Assembly: GCA_018897555.1 (NCBI GenBank)
Contig: JAHIKK010000023.1
Span: forward strand, 1-57,030
Source of the DNA: Candidatus Omnitrophota bacterium
GTDB taxonomy: Bacteria; Omnitrophota; Gorgyraeia; Gygaellales; Profunditerraquicolaceae
Length of the DNA stretch: 57,030 nucleotides
Direction: 5' to 3'
Shown: positions 49,593 through 57,030 of the stretch, one piece after another
Position numbering within the stretch: the first letter of the stretch is position 1
Layout: each line of letters opens with the position of its first letter
Made by a program: the position numbers and the translations under genes
The notes under the pieces: model-generated
Database searches by the model: none
Told to the model about the DNA's origin: nothing
Seen by the model: the letters and a program-made list of their open reading frames with translations, nothing else

Positions 49593-50877
49593 GGTAAGAT
49601 TTGCACCGAGTCCCACGGGAAATTTGCATATTGGCGGAGGGCGCACCGCGTTGTTTAATTGGCTTTTTTCCCAGTCGCAACAAGGCAAGTTCATCTTAAG
49701 GATTGAAGACACGGATAGGGAACGCTCTAAGCAGGAATTCGTCGATGAAATACTCTTGAGCCTTAAGTGGTTGGGTTTTAATTGGGACGAGCTCTATTAT
49801 CAGAGTAAGCGTTTTGACCGTTATCAGCTGCACGCGGATAAATTACTTAAAGCCGGCTTAGCTTATATTGAAAGATCTGAAGCTGGTAAAGAAGCGACAA
49901 TTTATAAGGTTCCGCAGCAGAAGATCCTGGTCAAGGATTTAATCCGTGGACAGATCGAATTTGATTCCTCCTCGATTAAAGATCAGGTATTAATCAAATC
50001 CGACGGAACTCCTACCTATAATTTTGCCTGTGTGGTAGATGATGCCGAGATGAATATTACGCATATTATTCGCGGAGATGACCATATCTCTAACACGCCA
50101 AAGCAGGTCTTGCTCTATGAAGCTTTAAAGTTTGAGTTGCCGCAATTTGCGCACCTTCCCCTGATTATGGGGGTAGATGGGGGCAGGCTTTCCAAGAGGA
50201 CAGGTGCAACGGCGATTAGTGATTATCGTAAAATGGGATATTTGCCCGAGGCGCTGCTAAATTATCTGTTACTGCTTAGTTGGGCTCCGGGTGAAAATCG
50301 TGAGCTTATAAACATTCAGGAGGCAGTAAAGTTATTTGATATAAAAAACGTGAATAAAACTTCCGCTACCTTTGATTTAAAGAAATTGGATTGGATAAAT
50401 AACCAGTATCTTAAAGGCGCTGATCCGGAAAAGCTGGCGGATGAGCTTATCCCGCTGCTTGCGGCAAAGAATTATATTCATCAGGATAGCTTTGATCGCG
50501 GGTATTTGTTAGTTTTAGTAAAATTATTTCAGGCCAGGCTTCCCCGGCTTAATGATTTTGTAGAATGGGCGGATTTTTTCTTTCTGGATGAACCGGTAAT
50601 CGACCCGGCGGCAAAAGAAAAATATTTAACCGGCGATTTATCCCTGGAATTTAGCTTGTTTGCTCAAAGATTGGACAAGCTGGCCAGTTTTGAGATTGTT
50701 AATATTGAGGACAGTTTTCGGCAGTTAGTGGCAGAGTTGGGTATTGAGGCCAAAAAATTAATTCATCCTATACGCGTTGCGCTTACCGGTAAGACTATCG
50801 GGCCGGGATTATTTGAAGTAATTTATTATTTGGGGAAGGAGCGCAGTTGCAGGAGGTTATTAAGATGGGTAAAATAA
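49585..50877 (+). CDS. gltX: Glutamyl-tRNA synthetase
   Basis: RFAPSPTG, HIGG, RIEDTD, IRGDDH, RLSKR. Confidence 0.97.
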   Translation: MVRVRFAPSPTGNLHIGGGRTALFNWLFSQSQQGKFILRIEDTDRERSKQEFVDEILLSLKWLGFNWDELYYQSKRFDRYQLHADKLLKAGLAYIERSEAGKEATIYKVPQQKILVKDLIRGQIEFDSSSIKDQVLIKSDGTPTYNFACVVDDAEMNITHIIRGDDHISNTPKQVLLYEALKFELPQFAHLPLIMGVDGGRLSKRTGATAISDYRKMGYLPEALLNYLLLLSWAPGENRELINIQEAVKLFDIKNVNKTSATFDLKKLDWINNQYLKGADPEKLADELIPLLAAKNYIHQDSFDRGYLLVLVKLFQARLPRLNDFVEWADFFFLDEPVIDPAAKEKYLTGDLSLEFSLFAQRLDKLASFEIVNIEDSFRQLVAELGIEAKKLIHPIRVALTGKTIGPGLFEVIYYLGKERSCRRLLRWVK

Positions 50878-50949
50878 ATCCGGATTTGGCTTAAAAAATA
50901 TTTTTTCTCCCATCTTGATATCGTATTTAATTTGTGTTATATTTAATTA

Positions 50950-51107
50950 GAAGTCATAGTTAAAGGCAAGGGGTAAACTACCAGCGGGCAGGCAATGCCC
51001 AGAAATAAAGGCCAAGAGAATTTCCCCTTGCTTTTATTTTTTCTATATGCCAAAGGGCGTTTCTGTTCTCCGGAGTGAGCATCAGGAGAAAGGAAACGGC
51101 CTTTTTT
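50950..51107 (+). ncRNA. Candidate structured RNA: two long hairpins, each followed by a U-run
   Basis: TTGATA-17-TATATT promoter at 50915-50943; GCAAGGGG/CCCCTTGC stem 50965-51032; AAAGG-CGTTTC-TTCTCC stem 51052-51107. Confidence 0.4.
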
Positions 51108-51229
51108 ATGGGCCATTAATTTTTACAGGAAAGCTTGATAAATTATTAGAATCTGGTAATATGATACTAGATCCTAATAATATGTAAGTAAGATAATAAT
51201 TTGAGTTTAAGCAAAAAAAGGGGGGAATA

Positions 51230-51442
51230 ATGGTTAAAAAGTATTTTTTATTGGCCATACTTTTTGTTTTTATGTTTTTAGCCAGTGGTTGCCTTACCGT
51301 AAATGTGGACGGGCGTTGTTCTGATAAACAGCCGGAGCAGTGTACTAAGAAAGAAGTTAAGGTAGAAACCAGGAAAGAAGTTAAAGAAGGCCCGGGTATA
51401 GTGAAGAAGGCCGACAATTGGGTAAGAGAAAATCTCTGGTAA
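51230..51442 (+). CDS. Small lipoprotein
   Basis: Lipobox LASGC; GGGGGA RBS; downstream terminator. Confidence 0.75.
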   Translation: MVKKYFLLAILFVFMFLASGCLTVNVDGRCSDKQPEQCTKKEVKVETRKEVKEGPGIVKKADNWVRENLW

Positions 51443-51487
51443 TACTTGAGAATAAATTAATATTTAATTAGTTTTTGGGTTGGTTAT

Positions 51488-51514
51488 AAAAAGCCGGGGA
51501 AAACCCGGTTTTTT
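51488..51514. terminator. Intrinsic terminator
   Basis: AAAAAGCCGGG-GAAAA-CCCGGTTTTTT. Confidence 0.8.
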
Positions 51515-51549
51515 ATTTACTGAATATAAGCAGAGATTAGTACCTATCT

Positions 51550-51650
51550 AAAAAAGAGGCAAGGCGTGAGGCCGTCTTCCTATTTCCTCCAACTCCTCAC
51601 TCTTGCCCAACAGAAGGTTAGTCAACTTTAGTTGCTAATTTCTCCTCCTA
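51550..51650 (-). ncRNA. Candidate about 100-nt small RNA with two hairpins and a U-tail
   Basis: TTGTAA-18-TATACT promoter at 51656-51685; stems AGGAGG/CCTTCT with TTAG-CAACT/AGTTG-CTAA, then GGCAAG-GTGAGG/CCTCAC-CTTGCC followed by TCTTTTTT. Confidence 0.45.
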
Positions 51651-51795
51651 CTTAAGTATACACTGTTTTGGCATTAATTTACAAGGGGGGTGAGTATCAA
51701 ATAATTCCCCGGATTCAGTAAATCTCTCTGCCCCCGATTACTAAATTGCTTGTAATTTTAGGATTTATGATAGAATAACTCATTAATAGGTTTAT

Positions 51796-51870
51796 TGCCC
51801 TGTCGTCTAATCGGTAGGACTTCAGATTCTGGATCTGACTACCATGGTTCGAGTCCATGCGGGGCAACCA
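51796..51870 (+). tRNA. tRNA-Gln (CTG)
   Basis: TGCCCTG/CGGGGCA acceptor, TCAGA-TTCTGGA-TCTGA, encoded CCA. Confidence 0.95.
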
Positions 51871-51907
51871 CACAAATCTCTCAAATTTCACATAGAGAGA
51901 TAAAGAT

Positions 51908-51942
51908 TGCCTTGGTTAGTAACACTAATCAGGGCATTTTTT
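51908..51942 (+). terminator. Intrinsic terminator after tRNA-Gln
   Basis: TGCCTTGGTTAGT-AAC-ACTAATCAGGGCA-TTTTTT. Confidence 0.75.
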
Positions 51943-51970
51943 ATGTGTCGATGTGTCAAAGAGTTAGGGA

Positions 51971-52011
51971 AAAAATAGGGACTGTCCCCGCAGGGGACTG
52001 TCCCTATTTTT
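51971..52011. repeat. GGGACTGTCCC-type REP-like palindrome
   Basis: AAAAATAGGGACTGTCCCC-GCA-GGGGACTGTCCCTATTTTT. Confidence 0.85.
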
Positions 52012-52203
52012 CCTGAAGCAATCTTTTCCAAGCAAATAAACCGAGTAAATCTCATCCGCCTATCTCTTTATCTCTGAATCGCGGTTTAGTTTACACCGTC
52101 TAGTTTATGGCTTTATTGCTGATATTCTTCGTCTAATTAGTTTTGACAAATACCGCATTTCTTATATAATATAAACAGATTCGAATAGCTTATTCCTCTC
52201 ATA

Positions 52204-53883
52204 GTGGAGAAGATATTGATAAAATTTGTTTTAAAGAAGCTAGTTTGTTCTCTCCTAATCGCAGCATTTCTTTTTACCCAATCAACTATATCCCTAGCCC
52301 AAACAACAAATTTTAATCATTCTAAGTCAGAGTCACTTGAATCCAACGAATCGACTGAATCAAAACCTGCCGAAGGTAAGATTATACCGAAGGATCAGGC
52401 AATGGATGCTGAGCTTGCCTTTTATTCAGGAGATTTTGCTAAAGCTAGTTCTTTGTTCGCTGCTTTTACAAAAACGAAAGACAAGGATTTTGCTCTTTGG
52501 AATAATCAACTAGGTTCAATCTATCTTGCAGTAGGAAATTATAAACAGGCTTTGAATTCATTTTTAGATGCCTATTATCTTATGAATAATGTTTCTGCTT
52601 TTAGCCGTCTGGAATCCCGGGCTGTTTCTTTGATTGGGGAAGAAAGAGAAAAAGCATATAAAGGCGATCCTTACGAAAAGGTCTATAATTCTTTATATGT
52701 AGCCTTGCTATTAGAACGAGAGTATGATTACGATAATGCTCTCGCTGCTGTTAAAACCGGAATATTGTGCGATTCGGATGTAGAAGGCGGGCTTTATAAG
52801 AGTGATGTAACTCTGCTTTATTTATTGGCAGCGAGATTTGAGGCACTACGTAATAATCAGTCAAGGAGTGATGAATATTTTCAAAAAGCACAAGAGGCCT
52901 ATTTATTATCCCACCCATTAAATAGAGGGGTTGTTTCTGACGAGCAAAGCAAGCTAAACCTTTTGAGTCAAAAACAGAAAGAATTAGCTAAATTGACGCA
53001 TAAAGAAACTCCATCAAAAAAAGATAAAAATGCAGAAGAAGGATCGGTAGCGCCAAAAGGACCAGTTACTAAATTTTCCACAAAAACAAAAGCGGATGAA
53101 TCAGAGGGCGTTCCCAAGAAGTCAAAAAAAGTGCTTGCGCTTGAAGCAGACATTAAAGATCTTGAAACAGCTATTGCAACATTGACCGGAGTCCGTACGG
53201 ATAAAGGTAAAGAAATTACTAAGGATATCCTAAAGCAGGTAGTTGATAAAAACAATAATGTCATATTTGTTATTGAGTTAGGGCGAGGGCCAGTTAAATA
53301 CCCTATTGGTCAATATGGGCATATTTCTATTTTTACATCCAAACCGTATAAAGCGAATAGCGTTATACTTTTGGTAGATAAGAAGGATAATTTCGACGGA
53401 AATAAAATGCTATGTAATAATGATGTTCTTTATCAGGCGTCAACTCGTGGTGGTCGGTTAATGGATGGAATTCTTAAAGGTAAGGCTCAATTCAAACAGA
53501 CAACAGCTCAAATTTCAAATCAGTTATCACAGTTGTCTCAACAAATGTCTAATCAGGCCAATCAATTACAATCGCAAGCTGCTATGTCTGGAACATATAG
53601 TTCTGCTGGTGCGGGAGCTTCGTATGCAGCCGCAGGACTAGCAGTTATTTCTTTGGCGTTTGCTATTGGAAGTGCAATGGCTAATCCCGCAGCCGATGTT
53701 CGGCACTGGAGTTTGTTACCAGCTGAAGTAAGATTAATTCCTATGAAGTTACCGGTAGGTTCACACCATATTCAGCTTCAAGTTTTGGATGCCAGTAATA
53801 ATATAATTCCAGAATTAAGTAAAGAATTTAATGTAGATATTCAAGAAGGTGACAACATTATTATAAGAAGGATTATAGAATGA
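52204..53883 (+). CDS. Exported TPR protein, COG3014-like
   Basis: Signal-like N-terminus, TPR helices, YKGDPYEKV, IELGRGP, ADVRHWSLLP. Confidence 0.65.
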   Translation: MEKILIKFVLKKLVCSLLIAAFLFTQSTISLAQTTNFNHSKSESLESNESTESKPAEGKIIPKDQAMDAELAFYSGDFAKASSLFAAFTKTKDKDFALWNNQLGSIYLAVGNYKQALNSFLDAYYLMNNVSAFSRLESRAVSLIGEEREKAYKGDPYEKVYNSLYVALLLEREYDYDNALAAVKTGILCDSDVEGGLYKSDVTLLYLLAARFEALRNNQSRSDEYFQKAQEAYLLSHPLNRGVVSDEQSKLNLLSQKQKELAKLTHKETPSKKDKNAEEGSVAPKGPVTKFSTKTKADESEGVPKKSKKVLALEADIKDLETAIATLTGVRTDKGKEITKDILKQVVDKNNNVIFVIELGRGPVKYPIGQYGHISIFTSKPYKANSVILLVDKKDNFDGNKMLCNNDVLYQASTRGGRLMDGILKGKAQFKQTTAQISNQLSQLSQQMSNQANQLQSQAAMSGTYSSAGAGASYAAAGLAVISLAFAIGSAMANPAADVRHWSLLPAEVRLIPMKLPVGSHHIQLQVLDASNNIIPELSKEFNVDIQEGDNIIIRRIIE

Positions 53884-54473
53884 ATTTTAAAAAGAAACAA
53901 TTTACATTTGGAATAATTATAATAATTTCATCTATTTTTGCATCCGGTTGTGCAAGCCCATATTTGTTATTAAAACAAAAACCTACTTTAGCATTGCAGC
54001 CAAATGAGGGGGCAGTCCTTTTTTCTAGTAAATTTAATAACAGGGGTCGCCCAGATCAAAAGAATACCTTTTGGGTTACGAACTTATCTTTGCAAGAGAT
54101 TAATCAATACAAGTCGTATGGTGAGAAGCGGATATTTTTGATTCCGTACCCAAAAGTGAATTATATTCAGCAGGATGATTTATTTTTGTTTTCTTTAAAA
54201 TTGCCCAGAGGAATCTATAAGTTAACGTCTTTTGACGGCATGTTCCGCACTTTCTTTGGCACGCAGTATTCTGCAGCAGTTAATAAGATATTTGATGTAG
54301 TACCTGGGAAAATTAGCTATGCTGGAAGAGTTGAAACTGATTTCTTTTTATCAGGTGGCCAACAGACCCACGAAACTAAAATAGTAGATAAATACGATGA
54401 AGATCAGGGGCGCTTTAAAAATGGTTACCCTGCGTTGCAAAATCGAACCATTGTTAAGGACCTAATATATTAA
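53880..54473 (+). CDS. Lipoprotein of unknown function
   Basis: Lipobox ASGC; LKLPRGIYKL...PGKISYAG. Confidence 0.7.
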   Translation: MNFKKKQFTFGIIIIISSIFASGCASPYLLLKQKPTLALQPNEGAVLFSSKFNNRGRPDQKNTFWVTNLSLQEINQYKSYGEKRIFLIPYPKVNYIQQDDLFLFSLKLPRGIYKLTSFDGMFRTFFGTQYSAAVNKIFDVVPGKISYAGRVETDFFLSGGQQTHETKIVDKYDEDQGRFKNGYPALQNRTIVKDLIY

Positions 54474-54485
54474 AGGAGAGAAAAG

Positions 54486-55082
54486 ATGAAATATTTATCA
54501 TGTTTTTTGTTAATAGTATTAACGTTTACGTTGTCATCTTGCGCTACAACGCCGGTTTCGCACACTCAGGTTATTATGCCTGATGATGACGATGGTATGG
54601 GAGGAACGGGGGTCGAGTCGGAGGACGTTCGCATAGTAGGGAGAAAAATGGCGATATCTATTTTAGAGGTACCTGAAATTATGAATGCACAAGGAATACC
54701 TCGCGTCGCGCTTTTGCCTGTAAAAAACTCGACGAGATTTGTTATTAATAAAGATATTTTGACGCAAAAAATCCGGATTGAATTGAATAAGAATGCGACG
54801 GGAAAAGTAAGATTCCTCGCGCGTGATCGCATGGACGATATTCTTGCTGAGCGTAAAGCAAAGCGTGAAGAATTGTTTACATCTAGTAAGGAGGGAGATC
54901 TTTTGGGCGTTGATTTTTATCTCACGGGTGAGTTGACGGGTATTTCGAAAGGCTCAGGAGGCAGTCGTTCAGATTATGTTCTTATGCTTTTTCAGCTTAT
55001 TGATTCAGAGACAAGCGATATTATCTGGGAAGATTCATATGAATTTAAGAAGGTCGGCACCGCCGGTGTTTTATATCAGTAA
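54486..55082 (+). CDS. LpoB-like lipoprotein
   Basis: Lipobox LSSC; VKNST, ARDR, VDFYLTGEL, FQLIDSETSDIIW. Confidence 0.75.
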   Translation: MKYLSCFLLIVLTFTLSSCATTPVSHTQVIMPDDDDGMGGTGVESEDVRIVGRKMAISILEVPEIMNAQGIPRVALLPVKNSTRFVINKDILTQKIRIELNKNATGKVRFLARDRMDDILAERKAKREELFTSSKEGDLLGVDFYLTGELTGISKGSGGSRSDYVLMLFQLIDSETSDIIWEDSYEFKKVGTAGVLYQ

Positions 55083-55103
55083 TCTAAAAAGAAGAGGAGC
55101 GCT

Positions 55104-55526
55104 ATGATAAAACAAATTTTAATATTAATCGGAATTGTTTTCATATTTCAGGGTTGTGCCGCAGGGCCTTATAAGCCGGTACGCTATGATGTGAAGCAGG
55201 ATTTAGAACGGCAATCTAATGTAGTCATTCTCGATAAGGCGCTTGACAATCAATTTGGGAGTAGGCGAGTAACGATTGTCGGAGAAAAGTCCGATTTTAC
55301 GGAAGATGGACGGATCAAGGTTTTGTGTGAAATTAGAAACATGAAGAAAGATTTGTTAAGGCTTCAAGTCCAAACGGTTTTTAAAGATGAGGCTGATTTT
55401 TCGATTGAACAGGATACGCCATGGGAACTTGTTTTGATTCCGGGTTTTGCTACAAAAACGTATTCAACAACGGCATTAAATGTAAAAGCAAAGAAATACA
55501 CAATTCGTATCCGTGAGGCAAAATAA
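55104..55526 (+). CDS. YcfL/DUF1425-like lipoprotein
   Basis: Lipobox FQGC; LQVQTVFKD...W...S....A..Y.I.I. Confidence 0.7.
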   Translation: MIKQILILIGIVFIFQGCAAGPYKPVRYDVKQDLERQSNVVILDKALDNQFGSRRVTIVGEKSDFTEDGRIKVLCEIRNMKKDLLRLQVQTVFKDEADFSIEQDTPWELVLIPGFATKTYSTTALNVKAKKYTIRIREAK

Positions 55527-55540
55527 AAAAGGTGGTGTCT

Positions 55541-57030
55541 ATGAGAGCATATCGATTGATTCTTTGTAGTTTTCTTTTATTATGGGCTACTTCAGCCTGG
55601 GCTGAACCTTCAGTTGAAAACAACGGAAAGTTTGTATATGAACAGAAGTTTGTTGGGCAAGTTAAGGAAAAACCTGTTCGCGTAAAAGTAATTGTTTCTA
55701 GGTTTGAAACTTCCCTAGAGGTCGTCGGCAGTTTGTTCAATCCGGTAAAGGCTGAACAAAAAGAGAAAAGCGACACAAAGGATATCAATGTAAAGATTGA
55801 GGATGCCCGTGGGATTTTAGAAGCAGAAATGAAGAAGGAAGAAAAATATTCCGACGCAGACCTTTTGGTCGGTCTTATGACGGATAAGCTGCGGCGGAGC
55901 GGTTTTTTCGATGTCGTAGAGCGTCAGGGTATTAATGAGATTGCACGAGAGATAAATTTCGAGAATAGTGATTGGGCGAAAAAGGATAATGTCAATAAGT
56001 TGGGGAATATCTCTGGGGCTCAATATCTTGTCTCTGGGAAGTTGTTGATGAATAAAGATGGGCACAGGGTTGGTTCTTCACGCTATACGCTAGCGTTAAG
56101 GTTGTGTAATATCAATACAGGTGAGATTTTATCATCTTCTACGGGACAGTATGATACTGTGGACGGCGCGGTTGAAGAAAGTGTCCAGAAACTGACGGAA
56201 GAAATTCATAGTTTGCCTTGGACGTGCCGTATAGCGAAGGTTGAGCCTACGGTTATTTTTTTTAATGCAGGTTTCTTGGATAATTTAAAAAAAGGAGACG
56301 TGTTTTCTGTTGTTAGAATCGGAGATAGTATCATAGACCCTGTTACGGGGTCTGTTCTCGGATTCGCAAAAGAAGAGGTGGCGAAGATTCGAGTTGAAGA
56401 GATTTTAGAAAATAGTTTATCGAAGGCTAAGATTATTAGTCAAAAAGGTGAAATTAAAGTAGGAGATATCGTTTCAGCAAAGGCGCCTAATCAAAAGACT
56501 GATGAGCGAAAAAAATGGTATGAAATTTTCGGAAATAAATCAAGCAAGAAGATAGACACGACTTCTCAGATTAAATTAGATGATGGCGCTGCAAGCAAGA
56601 TGAGCAATACGGATTCACTAGCGAGTGATATTGCTTCCCGATTTTCTAAGTCCATTGTGCTTATTATTGCGGGATCGTCTCAGGGAAGCGGATTTATCAT
56701 AGCAGCTGATGGGTATATTTTAACAAATTCACATGTTGTAGGCGGTCAAAAGACAGTTACTGTCAAATTAATAGAGGAAAATAAGGTGTATTCAAATGTT
56801 GAGGTCGTGAAAGATAACCCTATAAGAGATATGGCGTTGCTTAAAATAAAGGAAGCAGATACTTTTGTTCCTGTTGTTCTTGGTGATTCTGATCAAGTTC
56901 GAGTTGGTGAGCGAGTTGTCGTTATTGGTAATCCGAAAGGATTAGAGAATACTGTTGCTGACGGCCTTGTTAGCGCAATTCGAGAAGTAAACGGTACAAA
57001 GATGTTACAGATATCAGCTCCTATCACGCA
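55541..57030 (+). CDS. Exported fusion: CsgG/TolB_N-like + FlgT_C-like + trypsin-like (S1) protease; runs off window end
   Basis: Hand translation: signal peptide, FDVVERQGI...GAQYLVSG, NAGFLDNLKKGDVFSV...DPVTGSVLG, GSGFII..DGYILTNSHV, RDMALL, VIGNPKGLENTVADGLVS. Confidence 0.85.
   Translation, partial: MRAYRLILCSFLLLWATSAWAEPSVENNGKFVYEQKFVGQVKEKPVRVKVIVSRFETSLEVVGSLFNPVKAEQKEKSDTKDINVKIEDARGILEAEMKKEEKYSDADLLVGLMTDKLRRSGFFDVVERQGINEIAREINFENSDWAKKDNVNKLGNISGAQYLVSGKLLMNKDGHRVGSSRYTLALRLCNINTGEILSSSTGQYDTVDGAVEESVQKLTEEIHSLPWTCRIAKVEPTVIFFNAGFLDNLKKGDVFSVVRIGDSIIDPVTGSVLGFAKEEVAKIRVEEILENSLSKAKIISQKGEIKVGDIVSAKAPNQKTDERKKWYEIFGNKSSKKIDTTSQIKLDDGAASKMSNTDSLASDIASRFSKSIVLIIAGSSQGSGFIIAADGYILTNSHVVGGQKTVTVKLIEENKVYSNVEVVKDNPIRDMALLKIKEADTFVPVVLGDSDQVRVGERVVVIGNPKGLENTVADGLVSAIREVNGTKMLQISAPIT

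Noticed and set aside
50960-51035. c-di-GMP or SRP RNA assignment
   Set aside because: Lacks the GGCAAA/GAAA tetraloop-receptor pattern and the SRP CAGG...GGAA...GCAG motif
51795-52016. 73-aa CDS
   Set aside because: Overlaps tRNA-Gln, its terminator and a palindrome

Overview
Bacterial chromosome window spanning the replication origin. Genes left of about 13.3 kb run on the minus strand (rsmI partial, glmS, tRNA-Glu, GIY-YIG nuclease, gyrA, gyrB, DUF721, dnaN, dnaA). Genes to the right run on the plus strand (rpmH, yidD, yidC, Jag_N, parAB, ndk, yicC, gmk, rpoZ, coaC, 3 tRNAs, thrS-infC-rpmI-rplT, trk operon, pheST, 6S RNA, rny-ymdB, xseAB, dxs, a 2-oxoacid:ferredoxin oxidoreductase operon, gltX, tRNA-Gln, an envelope lipoprotein operon). 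Standard code 11. The organism looks like an anaerobic diderm, possibly PVC/Omnitrophota-like; this is an unverified inference. The most unusual locus is 2214-2967: an ancestral tRNA-Glu is split into 5' and 3' pieces around a cassette holding a small GIY-YIG nuclease gene and a second, intact tRNA-Glu allele. A double-hairpin element (TCCCGCC-N15-16-GGCGGGA)x2 with variable loops sits at the same D-arm position in three tRNA fragments, and an in-frame copy lies 44 kb away inside a ferredoxin gene. Also notable: homologous HNH-type inteins in both gyrase subunits, a free-standing LAGLIDADG gene between tRNAs, 7- and 8-mer tandem arrays inside coding sequence, a decayed integrase/toxin-antitoxin island after pheT, no rnpA at its usual locus, and two orphan structured RNA candidates. 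Family assignments come from motif recognition only; no database search was run.
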